NCBI GenBank assembly: GCA_963819655.1
Contig: CAWFXA010000001.1
Span: forward strand, 32,001 to 96,000
Length of the DNA: 64,000 bases
Direction: 5' to 3'
Origin: an uncultured Chloroflexia bacterium
GTDB lineage: Bacteria > Chloroflexota > Limnocylindria > Limnocylindrales > CSP1-4
Made by a program: the position numbers and the translations under genes. Positions 48,615-58,072 of this stretch are shown in pieces. The notes under the pieces are model-generated. The model did not search any database, had not been told where the DNA came from, and saw only the letters and a program-made list of their open reading frames with translations. Position 1 is the stretch's first letter; each line of letters begins with the position of its first letter.

Positions 48615-49442
48615 TCAGCCGAGCACAGCCTCGACCACGTCGTCGGAGAAGTGCGGCCACGCATCGAGCGCCCACGGGCCGTACACGCGGTCGGTCAGGC
48701 AGACCAGCGATCGGTCGAGCTTCGGATCAACCCAGATGAAGGTGCCGGCTCCACCGAAATGTCCAAACGTCTCAGGTGAGTTCCTGGAGCCCGTCCAGTG
48801 CGGATCCTTGCCGTCCTTGAGCTCGAACCCCATGCCCCAGTCGAGGGGGTCGAACGATCCGACGCCCGGGAGGACTCCTTTCAGACCGCGGAACTGGACG
48901 GACCGGGCGGACTCCGCGGTGTTCGGTTCGAGCAGGGTCGGGTGGAGGAGCTCGCGGGCCAGGGCGGCCGCATCGAGCAACGGGCCCTGGAGGCCCTCAG
49001 ACGGCCGTCCGATCAGCTCCGTGCCGACCATCCCGAGTGGTTCCAGGACCCGATCGGACAGGGCGACCGCGAACGACCGCCCCGAACGTTCGGCAAGCAG
49101 CTCGCCGAGAACATCGAAGCCAGGGTTCGAATAGATGCGGCGTGCGCCGGGCTTCGCCAGGATCGTCTCGCCGTCGAACGGCAGCCCGGATGCGTGGGCG
49201 AGGAGATGCCGGACGGTCGATCCCGGCGGACCGGCCGGCTCGTCGAGGTCGATGAGGCCGTCGTCGACGGCCGACAGGATGGCGATCGCCGTCGCGAGCT
49301 TCGTCACCGAGGCCCACCGGAAGCGTTGCTCCGGTTCGCCGTGCTGGGCGAGGATGCCCTCGGGCCCGACGAGAGCCGTCGCCGCGTGGTCGGCGGCCCA
49401 GCCGTCGATCGTTGCAAGGGCGCGGTCGATGTCGGGTGTCAC
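48615..49442 (-). CDS. Serine hydrolase, beta-lactamase/esterase family
   Basis: ASVTK (SxxK), LLAHASG, YSN, FGHFG. Confidence 0.9.
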   Translation of the reverse strand: MTPDIDRALATIDGWAADHAATALVGPEGILAQHGEPEQRFRWASVTKLATAIAILSAVDDGLIDLDEPAGPPGSTVRHLLAHASGLPFDGETILAKPGARRIYSNPGFDVLGELLAERSGRSFAVALSDRVLEPLGMVGTELIGRPSEGLQGPLLDAAALARELLHPTLLEPNTAESARSVQFRGLKGVLPGVGSFDPLDWGMGFELKDGKDPHWTGSRNSPETFGHFGGAGTFIWVDPKLDRSLVCLTDRVYGPWALDAWPHFSDDVVEAVLG

Positions 49443-49514
49443 GTCGCGCGGATGCTAGTCGTGCGGCCGTGCCGCCGTCATCGGATCGACACGATGCGCA
49501 CCTACACTTCGCAC

Positions 49515-50192
49515 ATGCAGTTCTTCCGACCCAAGCCCGCCTCCATCCCGTCCCCTGCCGAAGCCCTGCCGGGCCGCCCGGATCCGATCGTCGAGCCCGG
49601 GATCCACACGGTCCTCGGCACGCCCCTCGCCGGCCCGTGGCCCGAGGGCACGAAGACCGCGATCTTCGGCCTCGGCTGCTTCTGGGGTGACGAGAAGGAC
49701 TTCTGGCAGCTGCCCGGCGTCGTGACCACGGCCGTCGGATATGCCGGCGGCTCGACGCCCAACCCGACCTATCGTGAGACATGCACCGGCCAGACCGGAC
49801 ACGCGGAGGTCGTCCTGGTCGCGTACGACCCGTCACGCATCTCGTACGAGCATCTGCTCAAGTCGTTCTGGGAGCATCACGACCCGACGCAGGTCATGCG
49901 CCAGGGCAACGACATCGGCTCCCAGTACCGCTCGATCATCATCGTCGACGGTCCGGAGCAGCGCGCCCTGGCCGAGGCGTCGAAGGCGATGTACCAGGAG
50001 CGCATGACCGCGGCAGGTTACGGCCAGATCGCCACCGAGATCGTCGACGCGGCCGATAACCCGTTCTACTACGCCGAGGACTACCACCAGCAGTACCTCG
50101 ACAAGAACCCGCGCGGCTATTGCCCGGACCATCGGACCGGCGTGAAGCTGCCCGACGACTTCGTGGTGACGCCGCTGCAGTACGTGGACTGA
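49515..50192 (+). CDS. msrA: Peptide-methionine (S)-S-oxide reductase
   Basis: GCFWG, NPTY.E.C.G.TGHAE, HDPTQ..RQGNDIG.QYRS, YAEDYHQQYL. Confidence 0.96.
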   Translation: MQFFRPKPASIPSPAEALPGRPDPIVEPGIHTVLGTPLAGPWPEGTKTAIFGLGCFWGDEKDFWQLPGVVTTAVGYAGGSTPNPTYRETCTGQTGHAEVVLVAYDPSRISYEHLLKSFWEHHDPTQVMRQGNDIGSQYRSIIIVDGPEQRALAEASKAMYQERMTAAGYGQIATEIVDAADNPFYYAEDYHQQYLDKNPRGYCPDHRTGVKLPDDFVVTPLQYVD

Positions 50193-50237
50193 GCCCGGTC
50201 AGTGGCGACGGGCGCCGGCCCGACCTATAGTCGGGCA

Positions 50238-50678
50238 ATGACCGTTCTGCGGATGGACAACGTCCTCCTCGTTGTCGACGACCTCGAGGCTGCCAAAGCG
50301 TTCTTCGCCGAACTTGGTCTGGAGCTTGAGGGCGAGACGATCGTCGAGGGCCAGTCGGTCGACCGCCTCATCGGGCTCGACGGCGTCCGAGCCACCATCG
50401 CCTCGATGCGGACCCCGGACGGCCACGGGCGGATCGAGCTGGACAAGTTCCACACGCCGGCGGCGGTCAGGGCCGAGCCAGAAGACGCGCCGGTGAACGC
50501 GCTGGGCATCCGTCGCATCATGTTCGCGGTCGACGACATCGAGAGCGTCCTTGGCCGCCTGCGCCGCCACGGCGCCGAGCTCGTTGGCGAGGTGGTGCAG
50601 TACGAGGACCAATATCGGCTCTGTTACGTCCGCGGCCCCGAGGGCATCGTCGTCGCACTGGCCGAGCAGCTCACCTGA
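50238..50678 (+). CDS. VOC/glyoxalase family protein
   Basis: RMDNV..VV.DL, MRTPDG.GRIEL, YRLCYVRGPEGI. Confidence 0.9.
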   Translation: MTVLRMDNVLLVVDDLEAAKAFFAELGLELEGETIVEGQSVDRLIGLDGVRATIASMRTPDGHGRIELDKFHTPAAVRAEPEDAPVNALGIRRIMFAVDDIESVLGRLRRHGAELVGEVVQYEDQYRLCYVRGPEGIVVALAEQLT

Positions 50679-50690
50679 AGGACTCCAGAG

Positions 50691-51176
50691 ATGACCGACA
50701 TGGCGAGCGATGAGCGGGCTGCGGACGCGACGTCTGACGATCCGCGGCCCAGCTTCCTTCCGCCTGGCTCGGGCCGTGTGCTGGACCTCCTCGGCGTGAC
50801 GCACCGGCTCACGAGCGAGCAGTCCGAGGGCTCTATCTATATCTTCGAGTCGGTACTCGAGCCGGGAGCCGGCAACCGGCTCCACGTGCACAGCCGTGAA
50901 GACGAGATCGCCTATGTCCTGGAGGGGGCGCTGGAAGTCCGACTTCGCCATCGAACCGCGATCCTCGAGGCGGGTGGCGTGGGACGCCTGCCGAAGAACC
51001 TCCCGCATGCGATCCGCAATCCGCTCGACACGCCATCGCGCTACCTGTTCCTGGCCGTTCCGGGCGGCCTCGACCGATGGTTCGATGCCGTGGCCGCCGC
51101 GAGGCGCGACGGTGCATTGGACGATGCGCTTTTCCGAAAGCTTTCCGAGGACTACGGGATCGGATGGCTGGAGTAG
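50691..51176 (+). CDS. Cupin domain protein
   Basis: LHVHSREDE..YVLEG, P...PH..RN. Confidence 0.88.
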   Translation: MTDMASDERAADATSDDPRPSFLPPGSGRVLDLLGVTHRLTSEQSEGSIYIFESVLEPGAGNRLHVHSREDEIAYVLEGALEVRLRHRTAILEAGGVGRLPKNLPHAIRNPLDTPSRYLFLAVPGGLDRWFDAVAAARRDGALDDALFRKLSEDYGIGWLE

Positions 51177-51236
51177 CCGAACTAAGGACTGCCACCCCGA
51201 TCGGCGCGGCGACGAGTAGGCCCGCCGGCGGCAGGG

Positions 51237-51614
51237 TCAGCGGCCAGCCTCCGACTTGCGGGACGCCCGGTCCGTCGCGTTCCGATACGCCTCGTGCGCG
51301 ATCGCTTCGTCGATGTCGGCGGAAGCGACGTCGGTCTCGGCGTCGGCGAGGTCCATTCGTGTCGACTGCACGATGACCTTGGCCGCGTTCGCGGTCCTGG
51401 CTGCTGAGGTTTCGGCGAGCTTCGCGGAAGCCAGCGCCGCCTTCGCGGCTTCGGCGGTGGCGAGGGCTGCCGCGGCCGCTTCCTCAGCCGCGGCCGCGGC
51501 GGCTTCGGCTGCGAGGCGACCACGCCTGGCGACGGCGACGGTGCGCTCGGCGCTTCGCCATTCCTGGAGTGCTTCGGAGGTCGTGACCTCTTTCGGCGTC
51601 TGCTCGTTCGTCAT
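51237..51614 (-). CDS. Ala-rich coiled-coil hypothetical protein
   Basis: RBS GGAGGAG, coding-like composition. Confidence 0.7.
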   Translation of the reverse strand: MTNEQTPKEVTTSEALQEWRSAERTVAVARRGRLAAEAAAAAAEEAAAAALATAEAAKAALASAKLAETSAARTANAAKVIVQSTRMDLADAETDVASADIDEAIAHEAYRNATDRASRKSEAGR

Positions 51615-51687
51615 CGGCTCCTCCGGCTGAACAGCGCGGCTAGGGTCGAGGAGATTATCTTGGCAGCATGTCCCACGCTGACGTCAC

Positions 51688-51909
51688 ATGAGCAGGGTGC
51701 ATAGCCGCACTCTCGGGCCAAAGATCGCGGCCGACTACCGGCTGCTGAACTATCTGCGGGGGCGATCGACGGCGATGGCCGATTCGATCCCGCCGGGAAG
51801 CACGACGATCGAGGTCGAGGGGGGCGTGCTCGCGAGCCGCTGCGAGGAGGACCACGAGGAGGTCCTCGAATGCTGGTACTTCTACCGACGACCGGGCAGA
51901 CCGAACTGA
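51688..51909 (+). CDS. Small hypothetical protein
   Basis: 73 aa, GC3-biased codons, ends 12 nt before the kinase gene. Confidence 0.55.
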   Translation: MSRVHSRTLGPKIAADYRLLNYLRGRSTAMADSIPPGSTTIEVEGGVLASRCEEDHEEVLECWYFYRRPGRPN

Positions 51910-51921
51910 CCGACGTGGCCG

Positions 51922-52899
51922 ATGGCTGAGGTCGTGACGCTCGGCGAGTGCCTGGCCGCCTTCGTCGCGTCGACGCCGGGCCAGCTCGCCGAGGCCGTGG
52001 CCTTCGATCGCCACGTTGCAGGCGCGGAAGCCAACGTCGCGGTCGGTCTGGCACGGCTCGGACATACCGTGACGTACGTCGGACGCGTGGGCGCGGACGG
52101 TTTCGGGACCGCCATCCTGCGGCGGCTGCGTGGCGAAGGCGTGGACGTCGACCACCTCACGATCGATCCCGACGCGCCGACCGGTGTGATGTTCCGGGAA
52201 CGTCGCGCACTCGGCGCGGCCGAAGTCGTCTACCACCGAGCCGGTTCGGCCGGCTCCCGGCTGAGCCCAGGCGAGGTGGAACGGGCCGCCGACGCTGGCC
52301 TCTTCGACGGCGCCAGGTGGCTCCATATGACCGGGATAACGCCCGCCCTCTCGGCGACCGCCCGCGCGGCAACGACACGGGCGCGCGACCTCGCGCGCGA
52401 CGCCGGGCTGTCGATCAGCCTCGACATCAATCTCAGGCGCCGCCTGTGGTCGGACACGGAGGCTGCACCGGTCCTCCGCGAGCTCGCCACCGGCGTCGAC
52501 GTCGTCCTTGGCAGCGCGGACGAGCTGGCGGTCCTCGTCGACGCCGATCCGACAACGCATCCGGCCGATCTGCTCGCCGCGGTCGCGACCATCGGCCCGT
52601 CGACGGTCGTGGCGAAGCTCGGGGCGCACGGGGCGCTCGGTCTCGAGGCCGGCGGATCCCAGGTGCACGTCGAGGGCGTGCCGGTCTCACACGTGGTCGA
52701 TCCGGTCGGAGCTGGCGATGCGTTCTGTGCGGGGTTCATCGCCGGCCGGCTCGACGGCGTGGATCTCGAGACGGCCCTCCGGATGGGCAACGCGTGCGGC
52801 GCCCTGGCGGTCGCGGCCGCCGGCGATCAGGCCGGCTTGCCTGACCGGGTCGAGCTCGGGCGGCTCCTCGCCGGCGAAGGCGGCGACACCATCCGCTGA
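51922..52899 (+). CDS. PfkB sugar kinase, 2-keto-3-deoxygluconate kinase-like
   Basis: TLGE, AGAEANVA.GLARLG, TGITPAL, DINLR..LW, DPVGAGDAF. Confidence 0.88.
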   Translation: MAEVVTLGECLAAFVASTPGQLAEAVAFDRHVAGAEANVAVGLARLGHTVTYVGRVGADGFGTAILRRLRGEGVDVDHLTIDPDAPTGVMFRERRALGAAEVVYHRAGSAGSRLSPGEVERAADAGLFDGARWLHMTGITPALSATARAATTRARDLARDAGLSISLDINLRRRLWSDTEAAPVLRELATGVDVVLGSADELAVLVDADPTTHPADLLAAVATIGPSTVVAKLGAHGALGLEAGGSQVHVEGVPVSHVVDPVGAGDAFCAGFIAGRLDGVDLETALRMGNACGALAVAAAGDQAGLPDRVELGRLLAGEGGDTIR

Positions 52900-53885
52900 G
52901 CCTCCGCGTCCCAGGCGCCGATGGCGGCACGGACGGCAGCCGCGACCGGGAGCGCGACCGCTCCACCGGCCAGCCGATCGAGCCCGAGCAGCGCCGCGCC
53001 CGCGACCGGCGGGGCCGTCAGCGGGACGAGCCGAGCCGCCGGGGCGATGTCCGCCACCCCGTCGCGGATCCGCTCCCAGAACCCGGACTCCCGCGTGCGG
53101 AAGACGCCACCACCGAGGACGACGTCCGGGTCTCGGCGCGTGAGGTGGAGACGTCGGATCATCGCGCCGGCCATGACGATCACCTCATCGGCGAGACGGT
53201 CGACGATGCGACGCGCGGCAGGGTCGCCGGCTGCGGCGGCAGCGAACACGACCGGTGACAGCTCGCCGATCCGCTTCGATGGGATGCGACCCGTGTACAT
53301 CGCGGAGGTGACCGCGGCCGGCGTCCGCAGCCCGAAATGGGCCGGGACATCGCGCTCGAGCCGGGTCCGAGGCCCCCGCCCATCGCGCGCCCGGACCGCG
53401 GCCGCCAGACCCTCCCAGCCGACGTCGTTCCCGCCGCCCCAGTCGCCGGAGTACTCGCCGAGTGCGTCCAGACGGACGCTGCGACCGTCCGGCGCGACGC
53501 CGGCTGCGTTCACGCCGGCTCCGCAGATGACGACAACGCCCCACGTCCGGTCGGTCCCCGCGCGCAACGCCCCGAACGCGTCGTTGAGGACCACGTCCTC
53601 GCGCGCGAAGCCACGTTCGCCCAGCGCGGCGCGCAGCGCTCGCACATCGGTGGGCGTGTCCGCGCCGGCGACCGTGTAGATGGCCAGGTCCGGCTGAGCG
53701 ATCGGCCCGGCACTGGCGACGACCTCGGCGACCATCCCGGCGAGGCGCTCCATCCCCGGGCCCAGTCCGGCCGCCTGATGCGAGCTCGTCGGTCCGCGCA
53801 CGGCCGCCAGCAATCGGCCGTCCTCCGCGACCAGTGCGACGTCCGTCTTCGAGTTCCCGCCATCGACGGCGAGGACGCTCCTCAC
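52827..53885 (-). CDS. BadF/BadG/BcrA/BcrD ATPase family sugar kinase (GlcNAc/GlcN kinase-like)
   Basis: LAVDGGNSKT, NDAF.ALRAGT, ICGAGVN, SGDWGGG. Confidence 0.88.
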   Translation of the reverse strand: MRSVLAVDGGNSKTDVALVAEDGRLLAAVRGPTSSHQAAGLGPGMERLAGMVAEVVASAGPIAQPDLAIYTVAGADTPTDVRALRAALGERGFAREDVVLNDAFGALRAGTDRTWGVVVICGAGVNAAGVAPDGRSVRLDALGEYSGDWGGGNDVGWEGLAAAVRARDGRGPRTRLERDVPAHFGLRTPAAVTSAMYTGRIPSKRIGELSPVVFAAAAAGDPAARRIVDRLADEVIVMAGAMIRRLHLTRRDPDVVLGGGVFRTRESGFWERIRDGVADIAPAARLVPLTAPPVAGAALLGLDRLAGGAVALPVAAAVRAAIGAWDAEAQRMVSPPSPARSRPSSTRSGKPA

Positions 53886-54478
53886 CCCAGCGCGTCCATC
53901 CGCACGAACGAAGCGCCGGCGTCGCGGAGCCCGGCGATGAGGGGCGCCAGGCCGAGACCGGTGGCGGTCGTCCACGGGTGGAGCAGGACGATCGCTCCGT
54001 CACCGCGCGCGACCGTATCCGTGACGATCTGGCGGGCCATGCCACGTGCGCGCCGGCTCGGGCGCCAATCGGCGCCGTCCACGTCCCAGAAGATCTCGCG
54101 GTAACCGAGGCGCTCGATGCCCGCCCTGACCCGCGGGTCATCGGTCCCCGCGCCAAAGGGGCAGCGGAACCAGGGGCGCGGGTCGACGCCTGTCGCCGTG
54201 ACGATCGCGCGCTCGGCCGCCCGGATGTCGGTGGCGAGCCCGGCGTTCGACAGGAGCGGCATCCGCGCATGGTAGAAGGAGTGGTTCCCGATGAGGTGGC
54301 CGCGCGAGGCGACGTCGCGTGCCAGCTCCGGGAACGCCTCGACCCACCGACCCTGCAGGAAGAACGTGGTCTTGACGCCCTCCGCGTCGAGCACGTCGAG
54401 CACGCGCTCGGTCCCGCCGGTGCGGTGCGGCCGATCGGGATGCTCGGCGTCGAAGGTCAGGGCGACCCGGAAGGTCAT
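53882..54478 (-). CDS. Polysaccharide deacetylase (CE4/NodB), cytoplasmic
   Basis: VALTFD, TFF..G.W, GNHSFYH, FRCPFG, IVLLH. Confidence 0.9.
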   Translation of the reverse strand: MTFRVALTFDAEHPDRPHRTGGTERVLDVLDAEGVKTTFFLQGRWVEAFPELARDVASRGHLIGNHSFYHARMPLLSNAGLATDIRAAERAIVTATGVDPRPWFRCPFGAGTDDPRVRAGIERLGYREIFWDVDGADWRPSRRARGMARQIVTDTVARGDGAIVLLHPWTTATGLGLAPLIAGLRDAGASFVRMDALG

Positions 54479-54485
54479 CGACCCA

Positions 54486-55592
54486 TCACTTGTCGACGCC
54501 GGTGATGACGATGCCGCGCGTGAAGAAGCGCTGGGTCAGCAGGAAGGCGATGACCGGGATGACGAGTGTCATCAGCGTGCCGGCCTGGACGAGCCCCGGT
54601 TCGCGGTAGTAGATGCCGTTGAACCGCTGCAGGCCCAGGGCCACCGTCTGAAGATCGACCTTGCCGGCGGTGTAGAGCAGCGGCCCGAAGAAGTCGTTCC
54701 ATGAATACACCAGGTGGAACACGGCGACCGCGACGATCACCGGCCACGCCTGCGGCAGCACCACCGAGATCAGCGTCCGGAACGGGCCTGCCCCGTCGAT
54801 CGCGGCGGCCTCGTCCATCTCGGTCGGGATCGTCATGAAGTACTGGCGCATCAGGAACACGTCGTACGCGTTCGCGAAGAAAGCCGGGATGAGCAGCGGG
54901 AGCCACGTCCCCACCCAGCCGATCTTCTGGAAGACCGTGTATGTCGGGATGATCGTCACGGCCGCCGGCAGGAAGATCGTGGCGATCAGCAACGTGAACA
55001 ACAGATTCCGGCCGGGGAACCGGAACCGGGCGAAGCCATATGCCACGAGCGTGCACGACAGCAGCGTGCCGATCGTCGAGATGACCGCGATCACGATCGT
55101 GTTGAACAGCAGCCGCGGATAGTCGATGAGGTCCCACACCTCACCGAAGTTCTCCCAGTGCGGCGCGAATTGCCACACCGGCTCGAGCGTGCGCCACGAG
55201 CCCTGCCACTCGATCGGTGCCGCCTCGGGGGCGAGCGGATCGACGAACGTGCTCTGGCGCCGGAGGGGCTCGAGCAATGCCAGCTGCCGGGTCGTGCCGT
55301 CGGGGAGCGGCACGTTCATGAGCGGCAGATCCTCGCCCTGGTACGAGAACGTGACCGGGTCGGCCGGGTAGAGCGGCGAGTGCGCCTGCGTGATCTGGTC
55401 GAGGCTCTTGAGGGAGTACGACATCGACCGGAGCATCGGCGACAGGAACGCCGCCACGATCAGGACCGCGATCAGCGTCCAGAGGAACGACCGGCTCGAG
55501 TCGCCCCGCTCCCTCGGCGGCCGGCTGCCTGCCGCCACCCTCATGCCACGGCGCCGGAAGATGCCGCGACCCGCGATCGATACCGCGGTCAT
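54486..55592 (-). CDS. Carbohydrate ABC transporter permease (MalG-like)
   Basis: AYGFARFRFPGR, DEAAAIDGA (EAA loop), WNDFFGPL. Confidence 0.93.
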   Translation of the reverse strand: MTAVSIAGRGIFRRRGMRVAAGSRPPRERGDSSRSFLWTLIAVLIVAAFLSPMLRSMSYSLKSLDQITQAHSPLYPADPVTFSYQGEDLPLMNVPLPDGTTRQLALLEPLRRQSTFVDPLAPEAAPIEWQGSWRTLEPVWQFAPHWENFGEVWDLIDYPRLLFNTIVIAVISTIGTLLSCTLVAYGFARFRFPGRNLLFTLLIATIFLPAAVTIIPTYTVFQKIGWVGTWLPLLIPAFFANAYDVFLMRQYFMTIPTEMDEAAAIDGAGPFRTLISVVLPQAWPVIVAVAVFHLVYSWNDFFGPLLYTAGKVDLQTVALGLQRFNGIYYREPGLVQAGTLMTLVIPVIAFLLTQRFFTRGIVITGVDK

Positions 55593-56536
55593 CGCGCCTC
55601 ACCGGCGTAATAGACCCACCGGCGCGCCGTTCCGAACAGAACGAGCGTGATCAACAGCGTGATCGCGAACAGCAGCCAGGCCAGCGTCGCGCCGTACGAC
55701 ATGTCCTGGAACGTGAAGAAGTTCTTGTAGATGTACAGGTTGTAGAACATCGTCGAGCCGCCGGGCTCGCCGGTGCCGTCCTGGAGGACGAGCGGCACGA
55801 GGAAGTACTGCATGACCTCGACGACGGACAACACGATCGTGTAGAAGATCACCGGGGTCAGCATCGGGATCGTGATGTGGCGCAGCGACGCCCACGCGCC
55901 CGCGCCGTCGATCCGGGCCGCCTCGTACAGGTCCGTCGGGATGCCCTTGAGCCCCGCCAGGTAGACGATCATCCCGGCGCCGATGCCCCACACCCCGATC
56001 AGTGCGAGGCCGGGGTAGACCCAGCCGGGATCCTCGAGCCAGGGGGGCGGCTTCTCCACGCCCACGGCCCGCAGCGCGCCGTTGATCCAGCCCGTCTCGG
56101 GGTTGAGCATGCCGCCCCAGATGAAGACCGTCGCGACGAATGGCACGACGTACGGCAGGAAGAACAGGACACGGAAGAACCCGGAGCCGAGCAGGTGCCG
56201 CGAGTGGAGCAGGAGCGCCACCAGGAGCGGCAGGATCACCGCGACCGGCAGCGCCAGCGCGGCGAACTTCAGGGTGATCCCGAGCGACTTCCAGACCTGC
56301 TGGTCCTTGAGCAGATCCTCGTAGTTCTTGAGCCCGACGAACCGGAGCGGCTCGGCCTGGGCCAGATTGATGTTGGTGAACGAGAAGGCGAGCGTCGCGA
56401 TCATCGGGAGCGCCGTGAAGGCGACGAACCCGATGAGCCACGGCGCGATGAAGACATACCCCCAGCGCGCGCGCCGCCAGCCCAGCCCGGAGAAGCGAGG
56501 CAGGCTGCGCGGGCGCGCGACGCTGGGGGCGACCAT
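55589..56536 (-). CDS. Carbohydrate ABC transporter permease (MalF-like)
   Basis: FIAPWLIGF, FVGLKNY, LYEAARIDGA. Confidence 0.93.
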   Translation of the reverse strand: MVAPSVARPRSLPRFSGLGWRRARWGYVFIAPWLIGFVAFTALPMIATLAFSFTNINLAQAEPLRFVGLKNYEDLLKDQQVWKSLGITLKFAALALPVAVILPLLVALLLHSRHLLGSGFFRVLFFLPYVVPFVATVFIWGGMLNPETGWINGALRAVGVEKPPPWLEDPGWVYPGLALIGVWGIGAGMIVYLAGLKGIPTDLYEAARIDGAGAWASLRHITIPMLTPVIFYTIVLSVVEVMQYFLVPLVLQDGTGEPGGSTMFYNLYIYKNFFTFQDMSYGATLAWLLFAITLLITLVLFGTARRWVYYAGEAR

Positions 56537-56539
56537 CGA

Positions 56540-58072
56540 TCAGCTGCCGCCCGCGTCCCAGACGGCCTGCATCTCCGCTCGCATCGCCTCCACCTCGGCA
56601 TCGATGTCGAGACCAGGCGTGGTCTGCCACTTCGTGCCGTACGTGTTGATCAGGTCGAGCGTCTGGTTGTAGGCCGGCATATAGGACTCGAAGTTGGGCA
56701 CGTCGGCGAATGCGACGCCCTCCTTCGCGACCTTCCAGTCGATGCCCTGCGTGTAGTCCTTGAAAAGGGACTCCAGGAACGCATCCTGCTTCGACTCGAC
56801 CGCGGGCGTGCCGCCGTAGAGCGCGAGCAGTTCCTCGTTGCCCAACAGGTACAGCAGGACTTCGAATGCCTGGTCGGGGTTCTTGCTGGTCTTCAGGATC
56901 CGCCACGTGTCGGCGTTGAACGCGGCGGTCGTCTTGCCATTGAAGGACGGCGTCGCCGCCATGTTCCAGTCGTCACCCGCGTCACCGACGCAGTACGTCG
57001 ACCACAGGTAGTTGGTGCTCATCGCGACCTTGCCGGCGCAGAACGGATAGCCGGCCGGGTTGAGGTCGGTCGTCTCGAACTTGGGACCGGTCATGCTGAA
57101 GTGATCGGTCCAGATGCCGTTGTAGAAATGCTTCCAGGCCGCGACCCACGGCTCCGGCATCTGCACGGTCTTGCCGTCGGTTGCCATGAACCCGCCGGCA
57201 CCGAAGTAGGCTCCGGTCTGGCGCAGGTCGTCACGCTGTGGCTCGAAGCCCCACTGGACGATCTTCTCAGGATCGAAGCTGGCTTCCGTCGCGTCGGCGC
57301 CGTTCTCGTCGACCGTCAGGATCTTGGCGATCTCCCGTACCGTGTCGTAATCCCACGCCCGCTTCGAGCCGTCGGGCATGGTGTATTCCGCGTTCCACGC
57401 GTGGGGCGGCTCATTGAGACCGGCTTCCTTGAACATGTCGGCCTTGTAGAACAGGACCGACGGATAGATCGCGTACGGGATGCCGAGCTGGCCTTCGCCG
57501 CCCGCGTTGTACAGGTCGACGGTGGACTCCGGGAACTGGCTCATGTCGAAGCCGTTCTTGTCGATGAGCGGCTGGAGGTCGAGCCACTGGCCGTGGAACG
57601 CCTCGGCGCCGCCGATGCCCAGCGGACCGACGATGTCGGGGCCGGCGCCGGATCCGAGCTGGACGGCCAGCGCGTCGCGCGCGGCCGCATAGACGAAGCC
57701 TTCGAACTGCAGGTGGATGCCGGGGTGCGAGGCATTGAAGTCCTCGGCCACCTTCCGTTCGACCTCGACCTGCTCCGGCGCGTCACCGGTGCCGAGACAG
57801 CAGTACCAGCGGATGATCACGTCACCCGGCTTGGCCTGCGATTCCGTGGCCGGCAGAGCCGTCGGCGCCGGGGTCGCGTCGGTCGATTCCTCAGGCGATG
57901 GCTCGGTCGATGCGACCGCCGCCGAGCCGGATGGCGCGACACTCGCCGCAGGCCCTGAACAGGCCGCGATCAGGAGCGCCAGCACCGTGAACAGGACGGC
58001 GAACCGTCCGAGATCCATTCGCATGCGCGACTTCCTCCGTCTGCGTTGACCGTCCGCTGTCGTCGTTCTCAT
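56540..58072 (-). CDS. Sugar ABC solute-binding lipoprotein (start uncertain)
   Basis: LIAAC lipobox, Pro/Ser/Thr linker, FNASHPGI, LFYKADMFKEAGL. Confidence 0.9.
   Translation of the reverse strand: MRTTTADGQRRRRKSRMRMDLGRFAVLFTVLALLIAACSGPAASVAPSGSAAVASTEPSPEESTDATPAPTALPATESQAKPGDVIIRWYCCLGTGDAPEQVEVERKVAEDFNASHPGIHLQFEGFVYAAARDALAVQLGSGAGPDIVGPLGIGGAEAFHGQWLDLQPLIDKNGFDMSQFPESTVDLYNAGGEGQLGIPYAIYPSVLFYKADMFKEAGLNEPPHAWNAEYTMPDGSKRAWDYDTVREIAKILTVDENGADATEASFDPEKIVQWGFEPQRDDLRQTGAYFGAGGFMATDGKTVQMPEPWVAAWKHFYNGIWTDHFSMTGPKFETTDLNPAGYPFCAGKVAMSTNYLWSTYCVGDAGDDWNMAATPSFNGKTTAAFNADTWRILKTSKNPDQAFEVLLYLLGNEELLALYGGTPAVESKQDAFLESLFKDYTQGIDWKVAKEGVAFADVPNFESYMPAYNQTLDLINTYGTKWQTTPGLDIDAEVEAMRAEMQAVWDAGGS

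Noticed and set aside
49660-49710. MsrA GCFWGDE variant as a novel active site
   Set aside because: Catalytic GCFWG and the other motifs are intact; the altered position is variable
55877-57958. 693-aa plus-strand ORF and many similar Arg/Pro-rich overlapping ORFs
   Set aside because: Shadow frames expected in high-GC DNA; no motifs, and they lie opposite well-supported genes
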